Source: Candidatus Dormiibacterota bacterium (lineage in GTDB: Bacteria; Chloroflexota; Dormibacteria; CF-121). Taken from it: DNA of 64,000 nucleotides. A model generated the notes under the pieces. The model was not told the DNA's origin. It made no database searches and was given only the letters and a program-made list of their open reading frames with translations. Made by a program: the position numbers and the translations under genes. The stretch's first letter is position 1. Every line of letters begins with the position of its first letter. Below, one piece after another: positions 39,903 to 50,055 of this stretch. The stretch spans positions 16,685-80,684 of the forward strand of contig DAINCX010000003.1 in assembly GCA_036732165.1 (NCBI GenBank), in the 5' to 3' direction.

Positions 39903-40492
39903 ACGTCCTCGTACTGCCGGTAGAGCGTGTCGACCTGGCTCCGCGTCCGCGCCAGGGAGCCGCTGTTGTCAATCACGTGGTCGGCCAACGCCTTCTTGTC
40001 GTCGAGTGGAAGCTGGGCTGCCATCCGACCCCGGGCGGCCTCGGCCGTCATCCCCTCTCGTTCGGCCAGGCGCCGGAGTTGCGTCTGCGGATCGACCCAG
40101 ACCACGATCACCTTCTCGGCCGCGTCCATCCGCGCGTTCTCGTAGAGCAGGGGGATGTCGAGGATCAGCAGCCCGCGGCGTCCTTGCCGCCGTTCGACCT
40201 CGGCCTGCATCCGTGCCCGGACGCGGGGATGGGTGATGGCATTGAGGCGTGCGCGGGCGGCCGAGTCGGCGAACACGAGGGCGCCCAACCTCGCCCGATC
40301 CAGGCTCCCGTCCGGACGGCGCATCTCCGTGCCGAAGGCCTGGATGATCTCTGCGAGCGCGGGTTGCCCGGGCTCGACCACCGCACGGGCCAGCTCGTCG
40401 GCGTCGATCACCTCGGCACCAAGCTCCGAGAACATCGAGGCCACGGTAGACTTGCCCGACCCGATGCCGCCGGTCAGGCCCAGGACTCTCAT
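39899..40492 (-). CDS. coaE: dephospho-CoA kinase
   Basis: MRVLGLTGGIGSGKSTV, IDADELAR, LNAITHP, DIPLLYE. Confidence 0.95.
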   Translation of the reverse strand: MRVLGLTGGIGSGKSTVASMFSELGAEVIDADELARAVVEPGQPALAEIIQAFGTEMRRPDGSLDRARLGALVFADSAARARLNAITHPRVRARMQAEVERRQGRRGLLILDIPLLYENARMDAAEKVIVVWVDPQTQLRRLAEREGMTAEAARGRMAAQLPLDDKKALADHVIDNSGSLARTRSQVDTLYRQYEDV

Positions 40493-40514
40493 CAGCACGT
40501 ACGATATCTTGACG

Positions 40515-42536
40515 ATGGCTGGGATCAAGTCGGTCGCGGTGCTTGTCGTGCTGCTCGCGGCCATCGCCTATTTCGTCGTCAGGGCCCGACGCCTCTATCG
40601 AATCCTTCGACTCGGCCCGAACGAGAACCGCTTCGATCACCTCGGCGAGCGCCTGCGCGGCGTCGCGGTCTACGTGGGCGCCCACACCAGGATGTTCCGC
40701 AACCTCTATTCGGGCATCCTGCACTTCTTCATCTTCTACGGGTTCATCGTCCTGCTGACCGCGATCGTGCAGGCGTTCGGGGAGGGCATCGCTCCCGGGT
40801 TCAGCCTTGCCGTCATTGGTGGGACCACCTGGCTTGCCTTCCTGCAGGACCTCTTCGGGGTCCTGGTGCTGGTCGGTGTCGTGATGGCGGCGATCAATCG
40901 GGTCGTGATCCGGCCCCGCCAGTTCCACGAAAGCAACGAGCTCGATGCCGCCATCATCCTGGGGTTGATCACGGTGATCATGGTCGGGATGCTCGGCCAG
41001 AACGGCGCCCGCGTGGCTGAAGGCGGCGACCCCTCAGCCCCCTGGCGCCCGGTTTCCTCGGCGATCGCGACGATCTTCACGGGGCTCGGGTGGCGGGGCA
41101 CGGCGGCCATCCCCGCGCATGAGGCCTTTTACTGGATCCACATCCTCGGCGTCCTGGCGTTCCTGATCTATATCCCGAGCTCCAAGCACCTGCATATCGC
41201 GGTGGCGATTCCGAACGTGTTTTTCCGCAAACTCGGAGCCAGGCCCGGGGCGGCGCTTGTGCCAATCGACCTCGAGCATGCGGACCACTACGGCGTGAGT
41301 AAGGTGACCCAGCACTCGTGGAAGAATCTCCTCGACCTGTACACCTGCACCGAATGTGGCCGCTGCCAGGAGCAGTGCCCGGCCTTTCTGACCGGCAAGC
41401 CGCTCAACCCGAAGATGATCATCGTCGACAGCCGGGAGAACCTCTTCAAGACAGTGCGTGATGCGTCCGCCGACCAGCATCGCGCCCCGCAGCTACCCCA
41501 GGCCTTGATTGGTGACGCGATCAAGGAGGATGAGATCTGGTCCTGCGTGGCGTGTGGCGCTTGCCAGCAGGAGTGCCCGGTGCTGATCGAGCACGTCCCG
41601 AAGATCCTCGATATGCGCCGCAGCCTCGTCCTCGAGGAAAGCCGCCTTCCGAAGGAGGCGCAGGGCGCGCTTCGGAGCATCGAGGGTCAGGGCAATCCCT
41701 ATGGGCTTCCGAAGGCGCAGCGCGCCGATTGGGCGCAGGGGCTCGGCGTCAAGACCGTGGCCGAGCACCCGGATGCGGAGTACCTCTACTTCGTCGGCTG
41801 CGCTGCCTCTTACGACGAGGCCAACAAGGCGGTCGCCCGTGCCTTCGTCCAGCTGCTCCAGAAGGCGGGGGTGGATTTCGCGATCCTGGGTGGCCGGGAG
41901 ACCTGCAACGGCGATCCAGCCCGGCGGATCGGGAACGAGTACCTCTATCAGATGCAGGCCCAGCAGAACATCGAGGCCATGAACGGGGCCGGCGTCAAGA
42001 AGGTGATCGCGACCTGTCCCCACTGTTTCAACACCATCAAGAATGAGTTCCCGCAGTTTGGGGGGACGTACGAGGTGATCCATCACACGGAGCTGCTGGC
42101 GCGGCTGATCACCGAGGGGCGGCTCACCCCCTCCCGGGCCGTCGAGGGGAAATTCACCTACCACGACTCCTGTTACCTGGGTCGCTGGAATGGGATCTAT
42201 GACCCGCCCCGGGCGGTGCTCGAGGCGATCCCGGGCGCGGAGCTGGTCGAGATCGAGCGCCATCACAAGCGCGGCTTCTGTTGCGGAGCCGGCGGGGGCC
42301 GCATGTGGATGGAGGAGACGATCGGCAAGCGCATCAACCACGAACGGGTGGATCAGACCCTTCGCACGGAGGCTCCCAGGGTGGCCACGGCGTGCCCCTT
42401 CTGCCTCACCATGTTCCGCGATGGGATCGCGGCCAAGGGCGCGGAGGGGCGGCTGCAGGTCCAGGACCTGGCGCAATACCTGGCCGATTCCGTCGACCCG
42501 GCCGCGCCGCCAGATCCCTCCCCGCCCCCCGGTTGA
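40515..42536 (+). CDS. membrane-bound Fe-S oxidoreductase (FadF/HdrD-like; TM domain, 2x[4Fe-4S], 2xCCG)
   Basis: CTECGRCQEQCP, CVACGACQQECP, YFVGC, ETCNGD, HDSCYLGR, FCCGAGGG, TACPFC. Confidence 0.9.
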   Translation: MAGIKSVAVLVVLLAAIAYFVVRARRLYRILRLGPNENRFDHLGERLRGVAVYVGAHTRMFRNLYSGILHFFIFYGFIVLLTAIVQAFGEGIAPGFSLAVIGGTTWLAFLQDLFGVLVLVGVVMAAINRVVIRPRQFHESNELDAAIILGLITVIMVGMLGQNGARVAEGGDPSAPWRPVSSAIATIFTGLGWRGTAAIPAHEAFYWIHILGVLAFLIYIPSSKHLHIAVAIPNVFFRKLGARPGAALVPIDLEHADHYGVSKVTQHSWKNLLDLYTCTECGRCQEQCPAFLTGKPLNPKMIIVDSRENLFKTVRDASADQHRAPQLPQALIGDAIKEDEIWSCVACGACQQECPVLIEHVPKILDMRRSLVLEESRLPKEAQGALRSIEGQGNPYGLPKAQRADWAQGLGVKTVAEHPDAEYLYFVGCAASYDEANKAVARAFVQLLQKAGVDFAILGGRETCNGDPARRIGNEYLYQMQAQQNIEAMNGAGVKKVIATCPHCFNTIKNEFPQFGGTYEVIHHTELLARLITEGRLTPSRAVEGKFTYHDSCYLGRWNGIYDPPRAVLEAIPGAELVEIERHHKRGFCCGAGGGRMWMEETIGKRINHERVDQTLRTEAPRVATACPFCLTMFRDGIAAKGAEGRLQVQDLAQYLADSVDPAAPPDPSPPPG

Positions 42537-42571
42537 CTTTGAGGCCACGGGCACGCTAGTGTACGGAGGCT

Positions 42572-42649
42572 ATGTGGCGGCGCATTTCGGCGGGCGGCAT
42601 CGTCTTCACCAGGGGCGAAGCCTGCCTCCGCTGGGCCGCACACTATTGA
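42572..42649 (+). CDS. putative leader peptide MWRRISAGGIVFTRGEACLRWAAHY
   Basis: GGAGG directly upstream; promoter TTGACT-N18-TAGTGT at 42533-42562; precedes a terminator and the ABC exporter. Confidence 0.5.
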   Translation: MWRRISAGGIVFTRGEACLRWAAHY

Positions 42650-42686
42650 AAGCGACATAGTCTAGACCCCGTTTCAGACGCTTTCG

Positions 42687-42720
42687 ACCGTGAGGCCCCG
42701 GGGCCCACGGTTTTTTGTTT
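42687..42720 (+). terminator. intrinsic terminator in the 5' leader of the ABC exporter (attenuator)
   Basis: ACCGTG-a-GGCCC-cg-GGGCC-CACGGT followed by TTTTTGTTT. Confidence 0.8.
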
Positions 42721-42749
42721 TCCCGGCATTTCCGCAAGGAGTCAAGATC

Positions 42750-43589
42750 ATGGCGATTCAGGCACGCGACGTGAATTCGGCGGCGGTCGAGATCGTCGAC
42801 ATCTCGAAGCGCTTTGGCCAATCGGGCCGCCGGCTGCTTCCGTGGCGCAAGGCCAACAAGGAGAAGCTGGCGCTCGACCGGGTGTCGCTGCGCGTCGACC
42901 GCGCCCGGATCACGGGCATCCTCGGCGCGAACGGGAGTGGCAAGTCGACGTTGATTCGTATCCTGGCCACCCTGCTGACTCCGGATGCCGGCTCCGCGGC
43001 GGTGTTCGGCTACGACGTGGTGACGGAGGCCGCGGCGGTGCGGCGCCATATCAACCGCGTCTCCGTGGAGGCATCGTTCTTCAAGGAGATGAGCCCATGG
43101 GAAAACATGCTCTACGCGGCCCGACTGTACGGCAGCGGTGGAGAGGGGACGCGCGCGCGGGTCGAGGCGACCCTCGAGCGGCTGGGCTTGCCGCTCGACA
43201 CGCTCGATCGCCCGATGAAGCAACTGTCGCGGGGGCAGCAGCAGAAAGTCGCCATCGCCCGTAGCTTCCTGACCTCGCCCTCGCTGTTACTGATGGACGA
43301 GCCGACCACGGGGCTCGACCCGAGGTCCAAGCGCGAAGTCCAGGACCTGGTGACGTCGATCCGCCGGGATCGGGGCGCGACAATCCTCCTCTGCACGCAT
43401 GACCTGCAGGAGGCGGAGGTTCTCTGTGACCGCGTGGTCGTAATCGACGGCGGCCGGATGCTGGCCGAGGGCACCCCGGCGGAGTTGATCCGCCGCCATG
43501 CCGGAGCGGAGAGCGGCACGCTCGAGGACGCGTTCATGCAGCTGACCGGGAAGCGGCTGGTCGAAGACGAGGAGGAGAAAGAGGAATGA
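42750..43589 (+). CDS. ABC exporter ATP-binding subunit (DrrA/NodI-like)
   Basis: GANGSGKS, LSRGQQQ, LMDEPTTGLDP, THDL; SD AAGGAG. Confidence 0.92.
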   Translation: MAIQARDVNSAAVEIVDISKRFGQSGRRLLPWRKANKEKLALDRVSLRVDRARITGILGANGSGKSTLIRILATLLTPDAGSAAVFGYDVVTEAAAVRRHINRVSVEASFFKEMSPWENMLYAARLYGSGGEGTRARVEATLERLGLPLDTLDRPMKQLSRGQQQKVAIARSFLTSPSLLLMDEPTTGLDPRSKREVQDLVTSIRRDRGATILLCTHDLQEAEVLCDRVVVIDGGRMLAEGTPAELIRRHAGAESGTLEDAFMQLTGKRLVEDEEEKEE

Positions 43590-44422
43590 TCGCGAGTTCC
43601 GTTCGTTTCGAGCTCAACGCCTTCTGGGGCTTCGTGGAGCGGCAGAAGAACCTCTATCGCCGCTACTGGGCCTGGGAGGCCGTCTGGCTCCTCTACAACC
43701 TGGTCAGCGTGCTCAGCATCGGCTACCTCGCGTCCGGCCTGGCTTCGCTGGGGGTGGAGCAATCGGCAGCCAGCCTGCACCAGACGCAGCTCTACCTGCT
43801 GGTCGGGGCGCTGCTGTGGACCTACCTGTCGATGGTCTTCTTCGAGATCGCCTTTGCCATCACCTGGGAGCGCTGGGAGGGAACCATTGAGTACACGTTC
43901 ATGGCCCCCATTCGCCGGCTGACGCACCTGCTGGGGGTGTGCGCCGCCTCCCTGATCTACGGCGTGGCCCGGGCGGCGGTCATCGGTCTGAGCCTGGTGG
44001 TCCTGTTCAGGCTCGACCTGTCGCACGCGAACTACCTGGCCGCCGTGGCGATCTTCGCCGCGGCCACCGTTCCCCTCCTTGGTCTCGGCATCTTCACCTC
44101 GGTGCTGCCGCTGCTCTCACCGGAAAAGGGGGACCAGATGGCCTTCGCGGTCCAGGGGGTGCTGCTGCTGATCTCGGGGGTCTACTACCCGATCACCGTC
44201 CTGCCCCTGCCGCTGCACCTCGCCGGCATCCTGTCGCCCCTCACCTACACCCTGGCCGGGGTGCGCGATGCCCTCTTGCACGGGCAGTCCCTGGCCGGTT
44301 CCCTTCCCGATATCGGCGTCTTGCTGCTGATGGGTGCCATCCTGGTCCCGTCCGCCGTCTGGTGTTTTGGCCGCGCCGAAGTGCGGGCCAAACGCCTTGG
44401 ACTGCTGAAGCGGAGCGGCTAG
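43586..44422 (+). CDS. ABC-2 type permease
   Basis: ERWEGTIEYTFMAP, LISGVYYPITVLP, SPLTY; ATGA overlap. Confidence 0.9.
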   Translation: MIASSVRFELNAFWGFVERQKNLYRRYWAWEAVWLLYNLVSVLSIGYLASGLASLGVEQSAASLHQTQLYLLVGALLWTYLSMVFFEIAFAITWERWEGTIEYTFMAPIRRLTHLLGVCAASLIYGVARAAVIGLSLVVLFRLDLSHANYLAAVAIFAAATVPLLGLGIFTSVLPLLSPEKGDQMAFAVQGVLLLISGVYYPITVLPLPLHLAGILSPLTYTLAGVRDALLHGQSLAGSLPDIGVLLLMGAILVPSAVWCFGRAEVRAKRLGLLKRSG

Positions 44423-44424
44423 TC

Positions 44425-45105
44425 TTAGTAGATGAAGCCGAGGATGCCGGTCATCGAGGTCACCGTGCGGTAATCGACCTTGCCCCAGCCGCCGCCCGGG
44501 ACGCCCCACCAGTTCATCTCGGAGATCACGAACGACCCGGCCGGGTTCACTGACTCCACGTAGGCGACGTGGCCGCTGGAGGCGGATGCGCCGCCGACCC
44601 CGTATCCCATCACCATGACGGCGCCGACCCTGGGCGTCGATCCCTCGGCAAACCCGTAGGCACGGGCGCTCCACCACCACTGCGCGGCATTGCTGCGCCA
44701 GGGGATGGTGCGCTTGTGGGAAACCCACCAGGTGCAGTACCCGAAGGCGTAGCCGGTGCTGTTGCCCGCGGCAGGCGCGCTGGTGCGGGGCGGAGCCGCG
44801 GCTGCCCGGGTGACGGCGGGCACCCGCCCGAGCTTTGCCGCCAGCGGTGCCCGGACTGCCACGCGCGGCGGCGGGATGACCGCCTCGGCCGCCGACTGGG
44901 TGCTCGCCCGGATCGCGATGATCGAGGCCCGCTCATCGAGGGGGGCGCTGCGTTCGGTTTGCAGGGAGCGCTGGATCGGCAGCGCCGATGCGGCCGAGGT
45001 CGCCACGACGATCGGCGGCTGGGAGCTGACGGCCCCCACACCCATCGCCAGAATCACGCCGCTGCCCGCCGTGCGCCGCAAGGCACGGCCAACTGTCTGG
45101 ATCAT
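44425..45105 (-). CDS. secreted CHAP-domain peptidoglycan hydrolase
   Basis: N-terminal signal/anchor; GYCTWWV (Cys), NAAQW, GHVAYVESV (His), ISEMNW. Confidence 0.9.
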   Translation of the reverse strand: MIQTVGRALRRTAGSGVILAMGVGAVSSQPPIVVATSAASALPIQRSLQTERSAPLDERASIIAIRASTQSAAEAVIPPPRVAVRAPLAAKLGRVPAVTRAAAAPPRTSAPAAGNSTGYAFGYCTWWVSHKRTIPWRSNAAQWWWSARAYGFAEGSTPRVGAVMVMGYGVGGASASSGHVAYVESVNPAGSFVISEMNWWGVPGGGWGKVDYRTVTSMTGILGFIY

Positions 45106-45135
45106 GGTCCAACCTCCTTCCCCTTGTTGGATCAG

Positions 45136-45181
45136 CCTGCTGGCTTTCGACGGTCATTCCTGCTGGCTTTCGACGGTCATT
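45136..45181. repeat. perfect 23-bp tandem duplication in the CHAP gene leader
   Basis: CCTGCTGGCTTTCGACGGTCATT x2 (45136-45158, 45159-45181). Confidence 0.95.
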
Positions 45182-45234
45182 GAGGACGGTGAGTGCCGCG
45201 ATAGCTCGAACCGTGATGTAACTGACCGTGGCTC

Positions 45235-45264
45235 ACCCTACACAAATTGCGCAGGCTGTGTCAA
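45235..45264 (-). promoter_or_regulatory. sigma70-type promoter of the CHAP gene
   Basis: Minus strand TTGACA-N18-TAGGGT with a TG extension. Confidence 0.7.
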
Positions 45265-45319
45265 GTCGGCCCCGTGGGCAGGGCGGGGCCGCACGGCACA
45301 GCCGCCGTAGAATCAAGCC

Positions 45320-45736
45320 ATGCTGAGCCGGATCGACCACGTCGGGATCGCCGTCCGGGATCTCGACCAGGCGATCCAACTCTACGAGCGGCGGCTGGGC
45401 CTTCGGGCCACCGGCCGGGAGCGGCTGGAACAGGAGGGCATCGAGATCGCCATGATCCCGATCGGGGAGAGCCGGATCGAGCTCATCACCCCGATCAGGC
45501 CCGACTCGACGGTGGAAAAGTTTCTCCAGGATCGCGGCGAGGCGGTGCACCACGTGGCCTACGGCACGGAAAGCGTTGACGCCTCCCTGCAGCAGGCGGG
45601 CTCGGCCGGGGCGCAATTGCTTGACGCCGCAGCTCGCCAGGGGGCCCACGGGACCCGCGTGGGCTTCGTCCATCCAAAGAGTGTCTGCGGGGTCCTGACG
45701 GAATTCGTACAGGTTGATGGCACGCCCGGCACCTGA
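45320..45736 (+). CDS. mce: methylmalonyl-CoA epimerase
   Basis: IDHVGIAV, IELITP, HHVAYG, FVHPKS..GVLTEFVQ. Confidence 0.9.
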   Translation: MLSRIDHVGIAVRDLDQAIQLYERRLGLRATGRERLEQEGIEIAMIPIGESRIELITPIRPDSTVEKFLQDRGEAVHHVAYGTESVDASLQQAGSAGAQLLDAAARQGAHGTRVGFVHPKSVCGVLTEFVQVDGTPGT

Positions 45737-47354
45737 GCCGGCGCCCGAGCCGCGAGCCGCCCCAGCGTCGCAAGCCCCGCCAGCGGCGCCAGCGCCGCCG
45801 ACGACCCATAGCGGCATCCCGCTGAAGCCGGTCTACCGCGGTGCCGACGCCGGTCCCGAGGCCCCCGCGCCGGGGCAATACCCTTTCACGCGAGGCATCT
45901 ACCCCGACATGTATCGCTCACGGCTGTGGACCATTCGCCAGTACGCCGGGTTCGGCTCCGCGGCCGAAACCAACCGGCGTTTCCGCTACCTCCTGGAGCG
46001 CGGCCAGACCGGCCTGTCGGTCGCCTTCGACCTGCCCACGCAGATCGGGCACGACGCCGACGCCCCGATCGCCCGGGGTGAGGTTGGCAAGGTCGGGGTC
46101 TCGATCTCCTCCCTCAAGGACATGCAGGTGCTCTTCGATCAGATCCCCCTCGATCGCGTCAGTACCTCGATGACGATCAATGCCCCGGCTGCTCTCCTGC
46201 TGCTCCTCTACGAGCTGGTCGCCGAAGGCCAGGGCCTGACCGGCCGGCAGCTCAACGGGACGGTCCAGAACGACATCCTCAAGGAGTACGCGGCCCGGGG
46301 AACCTATATCTTCCCGCCGCGCCCCTCGATGCGGCTCACGACCGACCTCTTCGCCTACTGTCGGGACCGGCTCCCCAATTGGAACACGATCTCGATCTCC
46401 GGCTATCACCTCCGTGAGGCCGGGTCGACCGCCGTCCAGGAGCTCGGGTTCACGATGGCCCACGCCATTGCCTACGTGGAGGCGGCCCAGGAGGCCTCCC
46501 TGGACGCGGCCCAATTCGCGCCGCGCCTCTCATTCTTTTTCGCGGTCTTCTCCGATTTCTTCGAGGAGGTGGCCAAGTTCCGGGCGGCGAGGCGGCTGTG
46601 GGCATCGCTGGTGAGAGACCGCTTCCACGTCCCGGATGAGCGCGCGCAGGCGCTGCGCTTTCACACGCAGACCGGGGGGAGCACGCTGACCGCCCAGCAA
46701 CCGCACAACAACATCGTTCGGGTGGCCCTCCAGGCCATGAGCGCCGTCCTCGGGGGCACCCAGAGCCTCCACGCGAACTCCTTCGACGAGGCCCTCGGCC
46801 TCCCGTCCGAGGCTGCCGCCACCCTGTCGGTCCGGACGCAGCAGATCATCGCGCACGAGAGCAACGTGGCCAGCGTCGCCGATCCGCTCGGGGGAAGCTA
46901 CCTGGTCGAGGCGTTGACCACCGAGCTGGAGGCGGGGGCGCGTGCCCTGATCGACGAGGTCGAGCGGCAGGGCGGCGCCATTGCTGCCATCGAATCGGGC
47001 TTCACCCAGGGGGCGATCCAGGAGAGCGCCTACCGCCAGCAACAGGCGGTCGAGGACGGCCGCCGCGTGATCGTCGGCGTGAACCGGTTCCAGGGGGATG
47101 ATCCGCGGGTTCCGGTGGTCAAGGTCAGCCCTCAACACGAGCGGGAGCAGCAGGTCGCGCTCGCCGAGCTGCGGGCGACGCGGGACCAGGGCCAGGTGGA
47201 CCGCCTGCTGGCCGCGGTCAAGGCGACGGCGCGCGGTCGCGACAATCTGCTGGGGCCGATTCGAGAAGCGCTTCGAGCATATGCCACCATAGGTGAGGTG
47301 TGCACGGTCCTGCGTGAGGTCTTTGGCGAGTACCGGCCGGTGTCCACGCCCTGA
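45717..47354 (+). CDS. methylmalonyl-CoA mutase large (substrate-binding) subunit
   Basis: PFTRG, TIRQYAGFG (Tyr), [14 protein letters not shown] (Arg), ISISGYH; no B12-binding domain. Confidence 0.92.
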   Translation: MARPAPEPAPEPRAAPASQAPPAAPAPPTTHSGIPLKPVYRGADAGPEAPAPGQYPFTRGIYPDMYRSRLWTIRQYAGFGSAAETNRRFRYLLERGQTGLSVAFDLPTQIGHDADAPIARGEVGKVGVSISSLKDMQVLFDQIPLDRVSTSMTINAPAALLLLLYELVAEGQGLTGRQLNGTVQNDILKEYAARGTYIFPPRPSMRLTTDLFAYCRDRLPNWNTISISGYHLREAGSTAVQELGFTMAHAIAYVEAAQEASLDAAQFAPRLSFFFAVFSDFFEEVAKFRAARRLWASLVRDRFHVPDERAQALRFHTQTGGSTLTAQQPHNNIVRVALQAMSAVLGGTQSLHANSFDEALGLPSEAAATLSVRTQQIIAHESNVASVADPLGGSYLVEALTTELEAGARALIDEVERQGGAIAAIESGFTQGAIQESAYRQQQAVEDGRRVIVGVNRFQGDDPRVPVVKVSPQHEREQQVALAELRATRDQGQVDRLLAAVKATARGRDNLLGPIREALRAYATIGEVCTVLREVFGEYRPVSTP

Positions 47355-48934
47355 TGGCGACCCGCGCGCGCGAACCCGGGACGCCCTCGTCCTCGGAGCG
47401 CCAGATCAACGAGCTCCGCAAGCGGAAGTACGACGCCATGCATCGCGGCGGCGACCCGGCCGACAAGCAGCACCTAAAAGGCAAGCTCACCGCCCGAGAG
47501 CGCATCGAGCTCCTCTGCGACCCCGGCTCCTTTACCGAGATCGACGCCTTGGCGGTCCACCGGACGGAGGCCTTCGGCATGGGAGAGAAGAAAGTCGCTG
47601 GCGACGGCGTGGTCACCGGATACGGTCAGGTGGAGGGTCGCGATGTCTTCCTCTTCGCCCACGATGCCAGCGTGTTTGGCGGATCCCTCGGTGAGGTGTT
47701 CGCGGAAAAGGTCTGCAAGGTGATGGACCTCGCGGTCAAGGCCGGCCGCCCCTGCATTGGGATCAACGACTCCGGCGGCGCCCGGATCCAGGAAGGGGTA
47801 GTCAGCCTTGCCGGGTATGCCGACATCTTTTACCGGAACGTGCGGTCCTCGGGGGTCGTTCCCCAGGTCTCGGTGATCGTGGGACCCTGTACGGGCGGCG
47901 CCGTCTACTCGCCCGCCATCACGGACTTCATCTTCATGGTCGAGCACCTCGGCTACATGTTCATCACCGGGCCGGAGGTGATCCGCGTGACGACCGGCGA
48001 GCAAGTTGGCTTCGACGAGCTCGGCGGCGCGGAGGTTCATAACGTCAGGAGCGGGGTGGCGCATTTCCTCTCAGGCGACGAGCCGGAGGCCTTTGCCTCG
48101 GTGCGCCGCCTCCTGGGATACCTGCCGGGCAGCAACCGCGAGCGACCGCCGGCCGTGCCACCCCTGGACGACCCGGATCGCCGTGACCCCGCTCTGCAAA
48201 CGCTGATCCCCGAAAACCCGCAGCAGCCCTACGATATGAAGGCGGTAATCGCGGCCGTCGTCGACCGCGAGACCTTCATGGAGGTGCAGGAGCATTTTGC
48301 CCAGAACCTCGTGATCGGACTGGCCCGCCTCGACGGTGAGGTGGTCGGGATCGTCGGGAACCAGCCGCGCATCCTGGCAGGGGCCCTGGACATCAACGCC
48401 GCCACCAAGGGCGCCCGCTTCGTTCGGTTCTGCGATGCCTTTAACATCCCGCTCGTCACCTTTGTGGACGTACCAGGCTTTCTGCCTGGAACGGCCCAGG
48501 AATTCAACGGCATCATCCGGCATGGGGCCAAGTTGCTTTATGCGTTCGCCGAAGCGACCGTGCCGAAGGTGACCGTGATCACGCGAAAAGCATATGGGGG
48601 GGCGTACGACGTAATGTCGTCCAAGCACATCGGGGCCGACTTCAATTACGCCTGGCCGACGGGAGAGATCGCGGTGATGGGAGCGCAGGCCGCCGTCAAC
48701 ATCATCTTCAAGCGTGAGATCAGTGGGGCCGAGAATCCGGCCGTCAAGACGGAGCAGCTGGTCGAGGATTACAAGGACCGCTTTGCCAACCCATACGTCG
48801 CTGCCGAACGGGGCTACCTGGATGACGTGATTGAGCCCCAGGACACCCGGCCCATCCTGATCCGGTCCTTGCGGCTGCTCAGGGACAAGCGCGTTGAACG
48901 GCCGGATCGCCGGCATGGAAATATCCCGCTGTGA
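47354..48934 (+). CDS. pccB: acyl-CoA (propionyl/methylmalonyl-CoA) carboxyltransferase beta subunit
   Basis: KLTARERI, DSGGARIQEG, GPCTGGAVYSPA, DVPGFLPG, RKAYGGAY, RHGNIPL. Confidence 0.9.
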   Translation: MATRAREPGTPSSSERQINELRKRKYDAMHRGGDPADKQHLKGKLTARERIELLCDPGSFTEIDALAVHRTEAFGMGEKKVAGDGVVTGYGQVEGRDVFLFAHDASVFGGSLGEVFAEKVCKVMDLAVKAGRPCIGINDSGGARIQEGVVSLAGYADIFYRNVRSSGVVPQVSVIVGPCTGGAVYSPAITDFIFMVEHLGYMFITGPEVIRVTTGEQVGFDELGGAEVHNVRSGVAHFLSGDEPEAFASVRRLLGYLPGSNRERPPAVPPLDDPDRRDPALQTLIPENPQQPYDMKAVIAAVVDRETFMEVQEHFAQNLVIGLARLDGEVVGIVGNQPRILAGALDINAATKGARFVRFCDAFNIPLVTFVDVPGFLPGTAQEFNGIIRHGAKLLYAFAEATVPKVTVITRKAYGGAYDVMSSKHIGADFNYAWPTGEIAVMGAQAAVNIIFKREISGAENPAVKTEQLVEDYKDRFANPYVAAERGYLDDVIEPQDTRPILIRSLRLLRDKRVERPDRRHGNIPL

Positions 48935-50055
48935 AGTTCCTCGAGTACCAGGTCAAGGACCGATTTCGCGCGGCCGGGATCCCGGTGCCGGATGGCCGGC
49001 TGGCGCGCACGCCCGACGAGGCGGCCCTGGCCGCCGGTTCGCTCGGCTCGATTGCCGTCAAGGCCCAGGTCCCGGTGGGCGGGCGTGGGAAGGCCGGGGG
49101 GATCAAGCTGGCCCGGAGCCCGGTCGATGCCAAACGGGTCGCGGGCGAGATCCTGGGCATGACGATCAAGGGCTTTCGGGTCAAGGAGGTCCTCTGTGAA
49201 ACGGCGCAGGAGATCACCCGTGAGCTCTACCTGGGGCTCACCCTCGACCGCGACGCGCGGAAGCCCGTTGTGATCCTCAGCGCGCAGGGCGGAATGGAGA
49301 TCGAAGAGGTCGCCGAGACCCACCCTGAGGCGATCGCCCGCCTGTACCCGGATCCGTGGCGAGGACCGCTGGCGTTCGAGGTGCGCGATCTCGTCTTCCG
49401 GGCCGGGCTCGGTCCGCTGCAGGCGCAGCTCACCCCGGTCGTCAGCAAGCTCTACGCCCTAGCCCGCAGTTTCGATGCCATCACGATCGAGATCAACCCG
49501 CTGGCGATGACCCGGGACGGTGGGCTGGTCGCCGCGGACGGCAAGCTCGAGATCGACGACAACGCCGTCTACCGGCACAAGGATCTTCACGGGGCCGAAG
49601 AATTTGACGAGGATCCGCTGGAGGCGGAGGCGAAGCGCCGCCGGCTCACCTACGTGCGACTCGATGGGTCGATCGGCGTGATCGGGAACGGCGCCGGCCT
49701 GGTGATGAACACGCTCGACCTGGTGCAGCGGGAAGGCGGCCGGGCCGCGAATTTCCTCGACATTGGCGGGGGCGCCAAGGCCGAGGTCGTCCACAGTGCC
49801 CTGGAGCTGCTGGCCTCGGACCCGCACGTCAAGGGAATCTTGATCAACATCTTCGGGGGGATCACCCGGGGCGATGAGGTGGCGCGCGGCATCATCGACG
49901 CAACCCGCGACCTCAACCTCACGCTTCCGCTGGTGGTGCGCATGACGGGCACTCGCGAGGAGGAAGGTCGGCAGATGCTGGCCGAGGCCGGCATCGCCCC
50001 GGAAGCGACGGCCACCGGGGCCGCGAGGAAGATCGTGGAGCTGGCGCGGGGATGA
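48931..50055 (+). CDS. sucC: succinyl-CoA synthetase beta subunit
   Basis: [39 protein letters not shown]. Confidence 0.95.
   Translation: MKFLEYQVKDRFRAAGIPVPDGRLARTPDEAALAAGSLGSIAVKAQVPVGGRGKAGGIKLARSPVDAKRVAGEILGMTIKGFRVKEVLCETAQEITRELYLGLTLDRDARKPVVILSAQGGMEIEEVAETHPEAIARLYPDPWRGPLAFEVRDLVFRAGLGPLQAQLTPVVSKLYALARSFDAITIEINPLAMTRDGGLVAADGKLEIDDNAVYRHKDLHGAEEFDEDPLEAEAKRRRLTYVRLDGSIGVIGNGAGLVMNTLDLVQREGGRAANFLDIGGGAKAEVVHSALELLASDPHVKGILINIFGGITRGDEVARGIIDATRDLNLTLPLVVRMTGTREEEGRQMLAEAGIAPEATATGAARKIVELARG

Noticed and set aside
45136-45181. Resemblance of the repeat unit to the raiA-motif segment GTCGATGCCAGTCGCAGG
   Set aside because: Short partial similarity; surrounding raiA architecture not evident
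45205-45216. GGTTCGAG T-loop-like motif on the minus strand
   Set aside because: No cloverleaf, acceptor stem or CCA; not a tRNA
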